This document shows, one piece after another, positions 17,995 through 27,410 of a stretch of 64,000 nucleotides of DNA. The stretch comes from a virus. The notes under the pieces are model-generated. The model worked only from the letters and a program-made list of their open reading frames with translations. It ran no database searches and was not told the origin of the DNA. The DNA is taken from the IMG/VR virus record IMGVR_UViG_3300021963_000030. One strand, written 5' to 3'. Positions within the stretch are counted from its first letter, which is position 1; each line of letters starts with the position of its first letter. A program made the position numbers and the translations under genes.

Positions 17995-19176
17995 ATGGCA
18001 GACATCTCAGAATTTTTTGGCGGAATAGAAGAATTTGATTACGAGGGAAATAAGAAGAAACTTATTGATAACCTCAATTATCTTAAGTCAATGTCTGTAG
18101 AAGAACAAACCTTCTATAAGAAGTGGATTGAACTACAAGAATTGACACACTATTCTGGTAAGGCAGCAATTGCTAAGAATAAGATTTGGACTCCAGCAGA
18201 TCTTAATAATGAAAAAAAGACGATTGCGGAGATTGAAAGTATTAATCCAACTGTAGTTCATGTTACAAATGATGCTTTGGATACTGAGTGGGTAATGTTG
18301 AGAACGTTTGTTCATACCATGGCATATGACCAAACACCAGGCAGATTCATCAAACTACTAATCAGCGACGGTAATAAAGATAATCCCAGATACCTAGGAG
18401 TAATTAGTATGTCTAGTGATGTTATTACCATTACCGACCGTGATAATTATATCGGTTGGACTCCAGATGCCAAGTTGAAAGGTAAGAAATTGAATAATAG
18501 TGCAATTGGTAGTTGTATTATGTCTACGCAACCGTTTGGCTATAACTTCTTGGGTGGTAAGTTGATTGCGGGACTTGTAACTGGCGAAACGGTTAGAAAT
18601 CTTTGGAAACAGTTGTATGGTCAAACACTAGCTGGTATTACCACAACCAGTCTATATGGTAGTTATAGTATGTATAACAGTCTTAAGTGGTGGCACAAGT
18701 GCGGGTCTAGTAGTGGTAAAATGACCATTAAGCCAGATGATGACATCTACAAGGTGTGGCATAATTGGATCAAAGAGAACAAGGCTGATAAATATAAACA
18801 AGCCATGACTCAACGTGAAGGTGTTAGTGGACCCGTGACTGGTGCCAAGAACAGAGTGTTGAGCATGATTTTCTCTCAATGTGAAATTAAAGCATCCGAA
18901 TATGTTCATGGTTACGAACGTGGAACCTACTATGCTTGTCCCTATCGTAATAGTAGAGAATTCTTGAAAGGTGAAATTGAAGAATCAAAGTTGGACCCCA
19001 ACCCAATTTACAACGAAAAGTTTATTATTGATTGGTGGAGACAAAAGGCAATTGCACGATATCAAACTCTCAAGAATGAGAAACGATTGAAGGGAGATAT
19101 TCTATATTACAACAAAATGATTGGAATGTCGTATGAAGACTCAAAAAAACTTTACTTTGGTGAGGTAGGAAGATGA
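17995..19176 (+). CDS. DUF4338 / Druantia DruA-like protein
   Basis: YLGVISMSSD, RDNYIGW, PFGYNFLGGKLIA, ITTTSLYG..SMYN, W.KCGSSSG. Likely start is ATG 17995. Confidence 0.65.
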   Translation: MADISEFFGGIEEFDYEGNKKKLIDNLNYLKSMSVEEQTFYKKWIELQELTHYSGKAAIAKNKIWTPADLNNEKKTIAEIESINPTVVHVTNDALDTEWVMLRTFVHTMAYDQTPGRFIKLLISDGNKDNPRYLGVISMSSDVITITDRDNYIGWTPDAKLKGKKLNNSAIGSCIMSTQPFGYNFLGGKLIAGLVTGETVRNLWKQLYGQTLAGITTTSLYGSYSMYNSLKWWHKCGSSSGKMTIKPDDDIYKVWHNWIKENKADKYKQAMTQREGVSGPVTGAKNRVLSMIFSQCEIKASEYVHGYERGTYYACPYRNSREFLKGEIEESKLDPNPIYNEKFIIDWWRQKAIARYQTLKNEKRLKGDILYYNKMIGMSYEDSKKLYFGEVGR

Positions 19177-19204
19177 GATTTTTACTATTTATTATGGTAA
19201 AGAC

Positions 19205-19621
19205 ATGGGAAAAAGTAAAAATCCGTCCGTCAATTATACATTTGCAGATAGATATCAAAAATTTATATCTAAGCTGACGCAATTTGCCAAGTCTGCTAGA
19301 ACAACCACAGAAAAAGATACTTCTCCCGATGGCGTATTCACTGGTGAACCTGGTGATTTGTTGGTAAAAAATGATAACTTAATTTGGTATAGAGACAATT
19401 CAGACGCCGATTTTAATTCATTATCAGATCAATTTCCCGATCTTACCAAAAAAACTCAATACGTTTTAACCCAAGGCATCAATAAAAAGGCGTCTTGGGT
19501 TAAAACAGCTGCTGGCCCTACCACTTGGAAACTTCTTGGATACTTCTGTCCAATATTAGGTGTTGATTGTTGTGCTACTGGTTCGTTTAGTGGAAGTCAA
19601 AGCGGTAGTGGTAGCTTCTAA
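19205..19621 (+). CDS. hypothetical protein
   Basis: 138 aa preceded by ACTATTTATT. SPDGVFTGEPGDLL...WVKT..GPTTW resembles short tail-fibre-type motifs. Confidence 0.55.
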   Translation: MGKSKNPSVNYTFADRYQKFISKLTQFAKSARTTTEKDTSPDGVFTGEPGDLLVKNDNLIWYRDNSDADFNSLSDQFPDLTKKTQYVLTQGINKKASWVKTAAGPTTWKLLGYFCPILGVDCCATGSFSGSQSGSGSF

Positions 19622-19649
19622 TTGACTTTGATCACGCTCATGGTATACT
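19622..19649 (+). promoter_or_regulatory. sigma70-type promoter (likely leaderless uvsE mRNA)
   Basis: TTGACT-N16-(TGG)TATACT, with the ATG 7 nt downstream. Confidence 0.75.
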
Positions 19650-19656
19650 AATTATC

Positions 19657-20568
19657 ATGAGAAAAAGTCTGTGTTGTATATCCCTAAAACTGCAAGAACG
19701 TGGTATCAAAGCAAATACCATGACAAAATCTAGGTTTCTTGCACTAGAACGTGTCGATTCACTGGAAATTCTTAGTAAACGTGTATTGAACAACGTTATT
19801 GTTACAAAAGAAACTATCAAGTATTGTATCAATAAAGGTTGGAACTACCGTGTAAGCAGTGATTTATTTCCTCTAAAAACTCTTCCAGAGGCTAATCTTG
19901 ACTTTGATTGTCTTCCAGATAAAGATAAAATTGATCAAGCATTTGATGAATGTGTTGTTCTTATCAAAAATAGTAAGATTCGTTGTAGCACACATCCTGA
20001 CCAGTTTGTGGTTCCAGCTAGTGCAAATTCGACTGTAGCACAAAAGTCTATTGTGGAATTGACCTATCATGCGGATGTAATGGACCGTTTGGGTCTTCCT
20101 CGTTCGTATAATGCGCCTATAAACATCCATATGAACTGTTATAAAGGAGACCTCAAAGCTACGGCAAAACGGTTTATAGAGGTGTTTAGACAGCTTCCTG
20201 ATGGTGTTAAGAGCCGTTTGGTCTTAGAGAACGAAGACAAGCCCAACAGTTGGAATGTCAAACAACTGTATGATTATATTTATCAAGAAACCGGAATCCC
20301 AATTACGTATGATAATCTGCATTTCAGATGCAATACTGGTGGATTGACTGCCAAGGATGCGGTGACACTGTGTAAGTCTACATGGGGTAGTTACGTTCCT
20401 CTATTTCATTTCAGCGACAACGATGTCAAGAATCGTAATCCTCGTGCGCATGCGGACTATCCTACTGTGTTTCCCGATGAATATATTGGTGAAAATATCG
20501 ATTTGGACTTTGAGTTCAAGGCAAAGGACTATGCGATTGAATTTTTTGAACATAAACTCCAAAAATAA
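19657..20568 (+). CDS. uvsE: UV DNA damage endonuclease (UVDE)
   Basis: YRVSSDLFP, STHPDQFVV, NIH, RLVLENEDK, YDNLH, FHFS, AHADY, EFKAKDYAI. Confidence 0.93.
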   Translation: MRKSLCCISLKLQERGIKANTMTKSRFLALERVDSLEILSKRVLNNVIVTKETIKYCINKGWNYRVSSDLFPLKTLPEANLDFDCLPDKDKIDQAFDECVVLIKNSKIRCSTHPDQFVVPASANSTVAQKSIVELTYHADVMDRLGLPRSYNAPINIHMNCYKGDLKATAKRFIEVFRQLPDGVKSRLVLENEDKPNSWNVKQLYDYIYQETGIPITYDNLHFRCNTGGLTAKDAVTLCKSTWGSYVPLFHFSDNDVKNRNPRAHADYPTVFPDEYIGENIDLDFEFKAKDYAIEFFEHKLQK

Positions 20569-20583
20569 AAAAAGTAGAAGTTG

Positions 20584-20611
20584 TTGACTTCTTCAAACTG
20601 TGTGTTAAGAT
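20584..20611 (+). promoter_or_regulatory. sigma70-type promoter with a long A-rich leader
   Basis: TTGACT-N16-(TGT)TAAGAT. A-rich tract at 20631-20674. Confidence 0.7.
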
Positions 20612-20674
20612 TATTTCAAGTTGGTGATGAACTAACGAAACAAAAACAAAAAAACAAAAGAAAGAAAAATAAAT

Positions 20675-20878
20675 ATGTATACTCGTAAGAATGCTCGTAA
20701 CAAGACTAACTTCGTCGGCCACAATACCACTGGTGTTGAGCTTTATCTCTCCACCCCCGTCGCCGGTGCTAAGAAGGCTTCCCGCCTCACCCTCCGTGCT
20801 GGTGATACCCGTCTTGACTTGAACGGTCGCCAGATCAAGGCTCTCCGTGAGGTTCTCGCTGCTGGTTACAATGCCTAA
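20675..20878 (+). CDS. small basic hypothetical protein, probably highly expressed
   Basis: 67 aa, GC-rich C/T-ending codons, dedicated promoter. Confidence 0.75.
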   Translation: MYTRKNARNKTNFVGHNTTGVELYLSTPVAGAKKASRLTLRAGDTRLDLNGRQIKALREVLAAGYNA

Positions 20879-20881
20879 TCA

Positions 20882-21175
20882 ATGACATTAGGAACAACAA
20901 CGTTGATTGTTGGAATGTGGCTGCTGTCGATGGCAGCCACATTTTTTCTTTATATTAGTCTTCGTAAGCAAATCAACAATCTTAAACAAAATCTAGAAAA
21001 TACGAAGAACGAATCAAACAAGTTATTTACTACAATAACTGAAGCATTTGAATTGTTGTCTGGTGAACGCAGTAGGATGATAAAAGATGTTGAAGAACTG
21101 AAACGACGTATTAGAATGTATGGCAATGAAACGAAAAGGCAAGGCTTCCAAAGAAGAAACCGTGGTCAAGAATAG
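20882..21175 (+). CDS. N-terminal transmembrane plus coiled-coil protein
   Basis: LIVGMWLLSMAATFFLYISL followed by heptad repeats. Confidence 0.6.
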   Translation: MTLGTTTLIVGMWLLSMAATFFLYISLRKQINNLKQNLENTKNESNKLFTTITEAFELLSGERSRMIKDVEELKRRIRMYGNETKRQGFQRRNRGQE

Positions 21176-21614
21176 AGGATTGTTTGATCATGTTAAACAC
21201 ATTCGACAAGTCCAAAAACCAGATTATTATGATTCATTGAATGAGACTGAACGTAAGTCATTCAGTAAGTATATGATTCTGCGGGTCTTGAGTATGGACC
21301 CAAATGTTATTGAAGAAATATCTTTGATATCAAAATACATGGAGGTCTTGCCTGAGAAGCAATTGTATACGCTGTTGATTCAATGTCTTCCCAAGGACTT
21401 TAAGTTTTATCCATATATCAAGAAGTCTACAAAAGATCCCAATCAGACTATTATTGATTGTATTTCGAAAAAATTTAAAGTGGGTAGCCGTGATTCCACA
21501 GATTATTACAACCTACTTATTTCGACCGAGGGTGGTATCAAAGAACTACATTCATTGGTAACATCATTCGGCTATTCAGAAACAGAAGCAGAGGAACTAT
21601 TTACGAAAGAATAA
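21120..21614 (+). CDS. clamp loader small subunit, T4 gp62-like
   Basis: LFDHVK, FSKYMILRVLSMD, FYPYIKK, ISKKFKVGSRDSTDY pattern. Confidence 0.65.
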   Translation: MAMKRKGKASKEETVVKNRGLFDHVKHIRQVQKPDYYDSLNETERKSFSKYMILRVLSMDPNVIEEISLISKYMEVLPEKQLYTLLIQCLPKDFKFYPYIKKSTKDPNQTIIDCISKKFKVGSRDSTDYYNLLISTEGGIKELHSLVTSFGYSETEAEELFTKE

Positions 21615-21618
21615 AAAT

Positions 21619-22281
21619 ATGAAAGTTATAGGTGTATCAGGTATTGCCAGAAGCGGAAAAGACTTATTTACCACAGTCGCACAAGATATTCTTGAAAAGG
21701 AATATAAACTCAAAACAGAACGTCGTGCTCTCGCATACGAATTAAAGAGTGACCTTAAGGATCTTATTCGTGACAAAACGGGTATTGATGTATTTACAGA
21801 AGATACCGCACAGAAAAACATTATTCGTCCACTGTTGGTTGCTTATGGCGACGTAATGAGAAAGACTAGTGAAGGCAAATATTGGACAACCAAGGTAGAA
21901 AAACACATCGCAAAGTCTAAGGCGGATGTATTATTCGTCACAGATATTCGATACGATCATTATCCAGAGGATGAATGCACTTGGCTTCAACGTAAGATGG
22001 CCGGCAAGTTGGTTCATGTAACTCGTTATCAGTTAACTCAAGCACCATCTAAACGTAGAATTACTACAGCTAAACCAGTTAAGGTTTATGAAGCAGCTCC
22101 AAACGAACATGAATTGTTTAATGACCCCAAAGTGAAGAAGCGTGCTGATTATGCTTTTGAATGGGAAGATATGTCTCAACAGTGCAAAACCAAAGAAGAA
22201 CTGTTGGCAAACACTTACATTAGACAACAAGTTATGGATGCTTTGGTTGCAATAAAGATTATAATCAACCCAGCAAGTTAA
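21619..22281 (+). CDS. deoxynucleoside monophosphate kinase-like P-loop protein
   Basis: IGVSGIARSGKD, ALAYELK, RPLLVAYGDVMR, VTDIRY. Confidence 0.75.
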   Translation: MKVIGVSGIARSGKDLFTTVAQDILEKEYKLKTERRALAYELKSDLKDLIRDKTGIDVFTEDTAQKNIIRPLLVAYGDVMRKTSEGKYWTTKVEKHIAKSKADVLFVTDIRYDHYPEDECTWLQRKMAGKLVHVTRYQLTQAPSKRRITTAKPVKVYEAAPNEHELFNDPKVKKRADYAFEWEDMSQQCKTKEELLANTYIRQQVMDALVAIKIIINPAS

Positions 22282-22559
22282 CGTAATTTTAGTTTCAAAA
22301 TAGTATGATGCGAGTTGTGGTTAAACACAATTTCCGCATCATTTGTTTTTGTGCGCATATATTCTGCAAGAGTATTTTGGTTATTCTTGATAAACTGAAC
22401 GTATATTGTGTTACACTCTTGAGATTTTTCTACTTTTCTAGTTTTGTTACATGAACATATTCTACCAAGACTAGATATACACTCACCCAGATTTATTGCA
22501 ATTGGGTTGTTGTCGTTCTTGATTAAGTTATAGAATGATTGATAGTCACCGATAATCAT
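22278..22559 (-). CDS. hypothetical Cys-containing protein
   Basis: 93 aa at the end of the minus-strand operon with 4-nt overlaps. Confidence 0.6.
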   Translation of the reverse strand: MIIGDYQSFYNLIKNDNNPIAINLGECISSLGRICSCNKTRKVEKSQECNTIYVQFIKNNQNTLAEYMRTKTNDAEIVFNHNSHHTILKLKLR

Positions 22560-22933
22560 AGTAGTTTACGTATAATCAAATAGATAAACAAACTGCAAAT
22601 ATAGTTAATTGGAAACAATAACAATGTATAGATCTGATGATAACCAGATCCAAATACTAATAAACCAACTGTCACTAGTGTTGACCAAAAACATAGACAA
22701 ATTGGACACGATATTAACTTGGTAAAGTAACTTGGATAATTACTATACAAAAAGTTAGGATAGTTTGACATTACGTCAACTTCTGCTTTGTATTTAGTAA
22801 ATTCATCTATTCTGAATAACCATTTTGTGTTGGTTAATGTAGCTATGGTTGTAACGATATCACTTTCAAACCAAACTACCAACATAAATGATATCCAACA
22901 AATTAGAGGAATGTCAAGATCAGCGAGGTTCAT
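22556..22933 (-). CDS. membrane protein with CxxC (DUF1360-like)
   Basis: TM helices. KLISCPICLCFW. Confidence 0.55.
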   Translation of the reverse strand: MNLADLDIPLICWISFMLVVWFESDIVTTIATLTNTKWLFRIDEFTKYKAEVDVMSNYPNFLYSNYPSYFTKLISCPICLCFWSTLVTVGLLVFGSGYHQIYTLLLFPINYICSLFIYLIIRKLL

Positions 22934-23727
22934 ACGTTTTTATTTAGTTGTTTTTCATTACTATCCAACACACTTTTTAGTATTTCTAGATTAACACCAA
23001 CCTTGTCACCCAACTTAACAAGCGCTTTGGTATCTTTTGGAAAACACTTACCACCAAAACCACGTTCACCAGTAAATACAGCCGTATGTGATTTGGTTGT
23101 TCTTGGGTCCAATAACCATAGATCACGGACTTCATAGTAGTTTGTGCCTAACTTCTCACATAGGTCATAAATCTCATTACAATATGCAACCTTCATGGCC
23201 AATTGTGTATTGGTCACATACTTCGCTAGTTCAGCATTGAGTGGTTCTGTAACCCTATAAGTTTTGCTTGGACCAGTAATTGGTGTATAAATTTCGATCA
23301 TTTTATAACACAAATCTTTTTTACCACCAAAGATAAAGAACGGTGTTTGTTTGACATCGGTCGTGAATCCGTCTGGAGTCCAATACTTGGATTCACCAGC
23401 AAATTCTGGACTAAACACAATTTCTTTATTATAGGTCTTGATCAATCTATCAGTTGTTCCAATTTCAACCGTAGATTTTAATAGTATCAATGGTGTATTT
23501 AACCATGTGATTGTTTCTTCAACAATGCTTGTGTTACAACTACCATCTTTGTTTTCTGGTGTTGGCACACATATTACTCCTAGATCACACTTGTTGATTT
23601 CATCTTTTGTGACTGAGTTTTCGAGTGCTGGGTCATAAATTTTTACGTTATAGTGACCCTTAAAAAAGTTATGAAACGCTTTACCAACGTAACCATAACC
23701 AATTATTCCTATTGTAAACTTGTTCAT
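22930..23727 (-). CDS. short UDP-glucose/GDP-mannose 6-dehydrogenase family protein
   Basis: IIGYGYVG, ICVPTP, KSTVEIGT, FSPEF, AELAKYVTN, GFGGKCFPKD. No C-terminal UDP-binding domain. Confidence 0.88.
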   Translation of the reverse strand: MNKFTIGIIGYGYVGKAFHNFFKGHYNVKIYDPALENSVTKDEINKCDLGVICVPTPENKDGSCNTSIVEETITWLNTPLILLKSTVEIGTTDRLIKTYNKEIVFSPEFAGESKYWTPDGFTTDVKQTPFFIFGGKKDLCYKMIEIYTPITGPSKTYRVTEPLNAELAKYVTNTQLAMKVAYCNEIYDLCEKLGTNYYEVRDLWLLDPRTTKSHTAVFTGERGFGGKCFPKDTKALVKLGDKVGVNLEILKSVLDSNEKQLNKNV

Positions 23728-24926
23728 ACTAATTTTTCTAGATACCACTTATCATTGATATCTATAAGTCCTTTGCTATAATCTTTCAAATTTTTTACTT
23801 TTAACTTGAATATATCAAATTCCACATTACCTATTTGACCGCTATCTTCAAGCATCAATTGAAGCATATTGAAGAATTCAAAGTTTTGAGTAGTCAACTT
23901 GTTTCCATCAAATTCAACGATGATGTCATTAACTTTTTGATCATCGTATCCCTTTAACTTTTTCTTCAGATTAAACTTGGTATTCTTTTGTTCTACGTTA
24001 ATATAACGTTCATAAGGAACGTCTGTATAAATTGTGTCACACCATGGCTCCAAAAGCATTAACTTATATTCATCACAGTTGACTACTACAAATCCAACAT
24101 CATAACGTTTAGGCACAATTGGTTTCATAGTGTCATTATGTTTTACAAAATGACCCCACTTACGAATAAAGTTTCTGGCACTGCGATTGTTTTGTGCCAA
24201 CCACTCATCACTTTCTTTACCAACTGTAGTCAATGTAGGATTGTATCTGCTACCTCTGCATGTCATGTGATATACACAACCCTCCCACGTTTGAACAAAT
24301 TTGTAACCGTTCAACAAGAATCGATTGAATATGTCACTGTCCTCTTTGCTTTGAGGAGCATACAAATCGTCATGACCACCAATTGATTGAAAGTCTTTCT
24401 TGTAAATTGCCCACGGAGCAAAGATACCTTCAGTAGTCTTATCACGCCTGCTGATTTTGCTTTCATTGAACCACTTCAAAAAGTTTTCTTCAGCAAACAA
24501 TTCTGGTTCAGTTGCAAAATCCATCACAATCTTTTCTGGTCCAGGTGGATGTAACGGAGGTTCGATTCGGGTCAAACTCACAACTGTGCCTGGTTGTATG
24601 TGCTTTTCAACATATTTATCAAAATTAGGACAAGCATACATGTCTGCATGATAAATCATGACCACATCGTTAGTAGCAACAGTGTTAATTAAACGATCAT
24701 ATAAAATGGTGTGTCCGAGTCTTGTAGGACCGTCATTACGAATGAATTTGAAGTATGGGTCTGTCTTACTAATTTCAGCACACCACTCACTTGTTCCATC
24801 GTTGCTAAAGTCATCTGCCACACATACTTCGTGTTGTTTATGACTTAGATTTTTTCTCAAAGCAGCATATGCCCACTTGAGATATTTTAGGTTGTTTCGG
24901 GACGGAATGATAAAACTAATATTCAT
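23724..24926 (-). CDS. glycosyltransferase family 2 with C-terminal extension
   Basis: FIIPSRNN, VADDFSNDGT, YHADM, IGGHDDLY...EDSD. Confidence 0.85.
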   Translation of the reverse strand: MNISFIIPSRNNLKYLKWAYAALRKNLSHKQHEVCVADDFSNDGTSEWCAEISKTDPYFKFIRNDGPTRLGHTILYDRLINTVATNDVVMIYHADMYACPNFDKYVEKHIQPGTVVSLTRIEPPLHPPGPEKIVMDFATEPELFAEENFLKWFNESKISRRDKTTEGIFAPWAIYKKDFQSIGGHDDLYAPQSKEDSDIFNRFLLNGYKFVQTWEGCVYHMTCRGSRYNPTLTTVGKESDEWLAQNNRSARNFIRKWGHFVKHNDTMKPIVPKRYDVGFVVVNCDEYKLMLLEPWCDTIYTDVPYERYINVEQKNTKFNLKKKLKGYDDQKVNDIIVEFDGNKLTTQNFEFFNMLQLMLEDSGQIGNVEFDIFKLKVKNLKDYSKGLIDINDKWYLEKLV

Positions 24927-24950
24927 ATGGTATACATAGATTTTTATATT

Positions 24951-25817
24951 TTAGATGTATTGCGTAGTTTCAACAAAATTACCTCCAAGTGGGAATTGTC
25001 GTTGTAATGTAATATTCTTGGTATATTTTGAAATAGTGTCGTTCATACCACTTTGATTTCCTATATTAACTAATGCTCTGGTCTTTATGTAGAGTTGAAT
25101 TCTTAGAGGTAACATACTCATATCTAACACTTTGTTTATATTCGCAAAGTTTGTGTTCTCTATAGGTTTTGAAGTCCAATAATAATAAGGCAGATCATAC
25201 AGTTTGAGATATTTCAATAACTTGTCATCGGACTGATAGTCGTATCTATTTGATAACAATAATGTCCCAAATGGGTTATCGCCTGTAAATCCACTGATGA
25301 TTTTGTCTCCCAAACCTATTTCAGATTTGCTAAAATATAACTCTGGCAGAACATCGTCTAGGTCGTGATCTTTAAACTGCCAGAATTTCAATATTTGTTT
25401 TGCTAGAGGTTCATCGGGCAAATCAGTATTGTAGATTCTGTAATGATCATGAAATATATCCCCATCACAACTATCAACATAACCATCTACATATGGGTTA
25501 TTAGCAAATATATCTTTGACCACGCTAAATGGCTTGTTGGTCAATGCAGATGGATTTAAAATGTCTGCAAATAACTTAAACATTAGTGCTTCTGATGGTA
25601 AATACACTTTACAGTTTGGATATTTCTTTTTGAGCTTACGTGGTAGTGCTGATATGATTCCCCAATCACCAATACCAAAACAAGTTCGTAATATGACGAA
25701 TTCTTGTTTTGATAGATAATCATCGGGAATGTATCTAGCATCGTTTTGAGGAAATCCCAAAGCGTCACATTCATGAACATTTATTCTTCGATTATTAAGT
25801 ATTCTCCAAAATATCAT
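24951..25817 (-). CDS. GT9 (ADP-heptose:LPS heptosyltransferase)-like glycosyltransferase
   Basis: RTCFGIGDWGIISALPRKLKKKYP, IFANNPYVD, IGNQSG. Confidence 0.55.
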   Translation of the reverse strand: MIFWRILNNRRINVHECDALGFPQNDARYIPDDYLSKQEFVILRTCFGIGDWGIISALPRKLKKKYPNCKVYLPSEALMFKLFADILNPSALTNKPFSVVKDIFANNPYVDGYVDSCDGDIFHDHYRIYNTDLPDEPLAKQILKFWQFKDHDLDDVLPELYFSKSEIGLGDKIISGFTGDNPFGTLLLSNRYDYQSDDKLLKYLKLYDLPYYYWTSKPIENTNFANINKVLDMSMLPLRIQLYIKTRALVNIGNQSGMNDTISKYTKNITLQRQFPLGGNFVETTQYI

Positions 25818-26766
25818 TGCACATGTCTCTCCATTGTTTTAACCAAACTTGTTCGGTGTAATATTTTTGATAATTTGATTTGGTAGTTTCTATACATTGA
25901 TTGTAAAACTCTTTATCATCTCTCAAACGAATTGCTAACTTATTAGCACTTTCAATATCACCAACATCCACACTCAAGTCTGGATGTAAAATTTGTTGGG
26001 TATCTAATCCTTTATATCCAATACATGGTATACCCCAATATGAACAATTCAATGCGAACGTTCCCGCAACTCTGGGTCTCATCAAATGAACACCATAACT
26101 AAACTTAGACAATGCGATCATCCAATCAGTCCACTCTAAGAATGGTAAATGGTTTAGGTTAGGAGTGTGTTCTTCATTTTCAATTCTACGTCCCATGCTT
26201 GGAACCCAGATTGGTTTATTAAAGTTTCTAGCCACAAAGTAACTATCTATGCCGCTATACCAACTACAGAAGTTGCCGCCTATAATAACCTCACCATTGC
26301 GTGCCGGTGTTATATTCTTGGCTTTTAATCCATCATCTACAATCAACGTTTGAATGGTATACGTCTTCTTTTTGTATATACCACTGTAGTATGGAACGTC
26401 GGTCTTACTATGCGCAAACAATACGTCCATAGACCCAACAAAGTTTAGATATCGAATTTGGTCAATATATTTGTAGTCTTGATAATACCAATGACTACCT
26501 TCTTGCATGTGTCCAATCTTCTTACACAACTTTCTAGCATTTGTCAATAACAACTCTAAATTGAGGTTGGTAATATCTTTTGGTAAAATTATTACACCCA
26601 AATCATATTGTTGTGATATCTGATTTCTATCTGCCATTGCAAGACCATACACGTTGATAATGTCGGAGTCAGATGCTGCTGGCCACGCTGATACCACACT
26701 TAAATTGTTGACGGTTCTTGAAACTTTACCGTTAATATTGATTGGACTTATAAAGCAAGTGTTCAT
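25795..26766 (-). CDS. GT-B fold glycosyltransferase-like protein
   Basis: AGTFALNCSYWGIPCIG, DLSVDVGD, LRDDKEFY. Confidence 0.6.
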   Translation of the reverse strand: MNTCFISPININGKVSRTVNNLSVVSAWPAASDSDIINVYGLAMADRNQISQQYDLGVIILPKDITNLNLELLLTNARKLCKKIGHMQEGSHWYYQDYKYIDQIRYLNFVGSMDVLFAHSKTDVPYYSGIYKKKTYTIQTLIVDDGLKAKNITPARNGEVIIGGNFCSWYSGIDSYFVARNFNKPIWVPSMGRRIENEEHTPNLNHLPFLEWTDWMIALSKFSYGVHLMRPRVAGTFALNCSYWGIPCIGYKGLDTQQILHPDLSVDVGDIESANKLAIRLRDDKEFYNQCIETTKSNYQKYYTEQVWLKQWRDMCNDILENT

Positions 26767-26767
26767 T

Positions 26768-27409
26768 TTACGGAGTTCCCATATTTTCTTCAGCAGTAAA
26801 GTTCTTCATGTATCGTTCATTACTCTCACGTTGTTTCTCAATCGTTTTTTCATGAACAATAGCATAATCTTTTTGAGGAGGAATAATTGTATAACTGTCA
26901 TGACCCTCAACACGTTCATGCAATCGCTTTTTGTAACGAATATTTGGCTTCCTCTTATACAATCGTGACTGATAGTCTGGAAAATTTACCATACCTTCGA
27001 CCATTTTCCAACCCCATTTATCTATATCCGATTGTTCTACACCCGTGAAATAATTGCATCTTGGCAACCAAATGACATCATTAACATCATTTTGTTTGAT
27101 AAGCAATTCTATATGTTCTAACAATAGATCTGTTGGATATTCGTCTCCGTCTAATTGAAATATCCACTCACCACTACACGAATCAATACCAAAGTTCTTT
27201 TGTGCTCCATAATTGTTGTTAAGTCTATGAAGTCGCAGTTGTATGTGATTACTGTATTTCTCAAATATCTCCAGTGTTTTTGGATTGGTAGAATGATCAT
27301 CAATCACGACAATTTCTTGATTTGATTTGAGTGAAGAAACTAGCTTGGACAATAACTTATCCAAGCTGTCAGTTTCGTTGTGGGTAGTAATTAGATATGA
27401 TAAGAACAT
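26768..27409 (-). CDS. glycosyltransferase family 2
   Basis: YLITTHNE, VIDDHS, QKNFG, WIFQLDGDE, PDYQSR, LHE. Confidence 0.85.
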   Translation of the reverse strand: MFLSYLITTHNETDSLDKLLSKLVSSLKSNQEIVVIDDHSTNPKTLEIFEKYSNHIQLRLHRLNNNYGAQKNFGIDSCSGEWIFQLDGDEYPTDLLLEHIELLIKQNDVNDVIWLPRCNYFTGVEQSDIDKWGWKMVEGMVNFPDYQSRLYKRKPNIRYKKRLHERVEGHDSYTIIPPQKDYAIVHEKTIEKQRESNERYMKNFTAEENMGTP

Positions 27410-27410
27410 A

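Noticed and set aside
17357-20878. Shared RKNKTN/RNKTN pentapeptide in the two small basic proteins
   Set aside because: Too short, and the rest of the sequences do not align.
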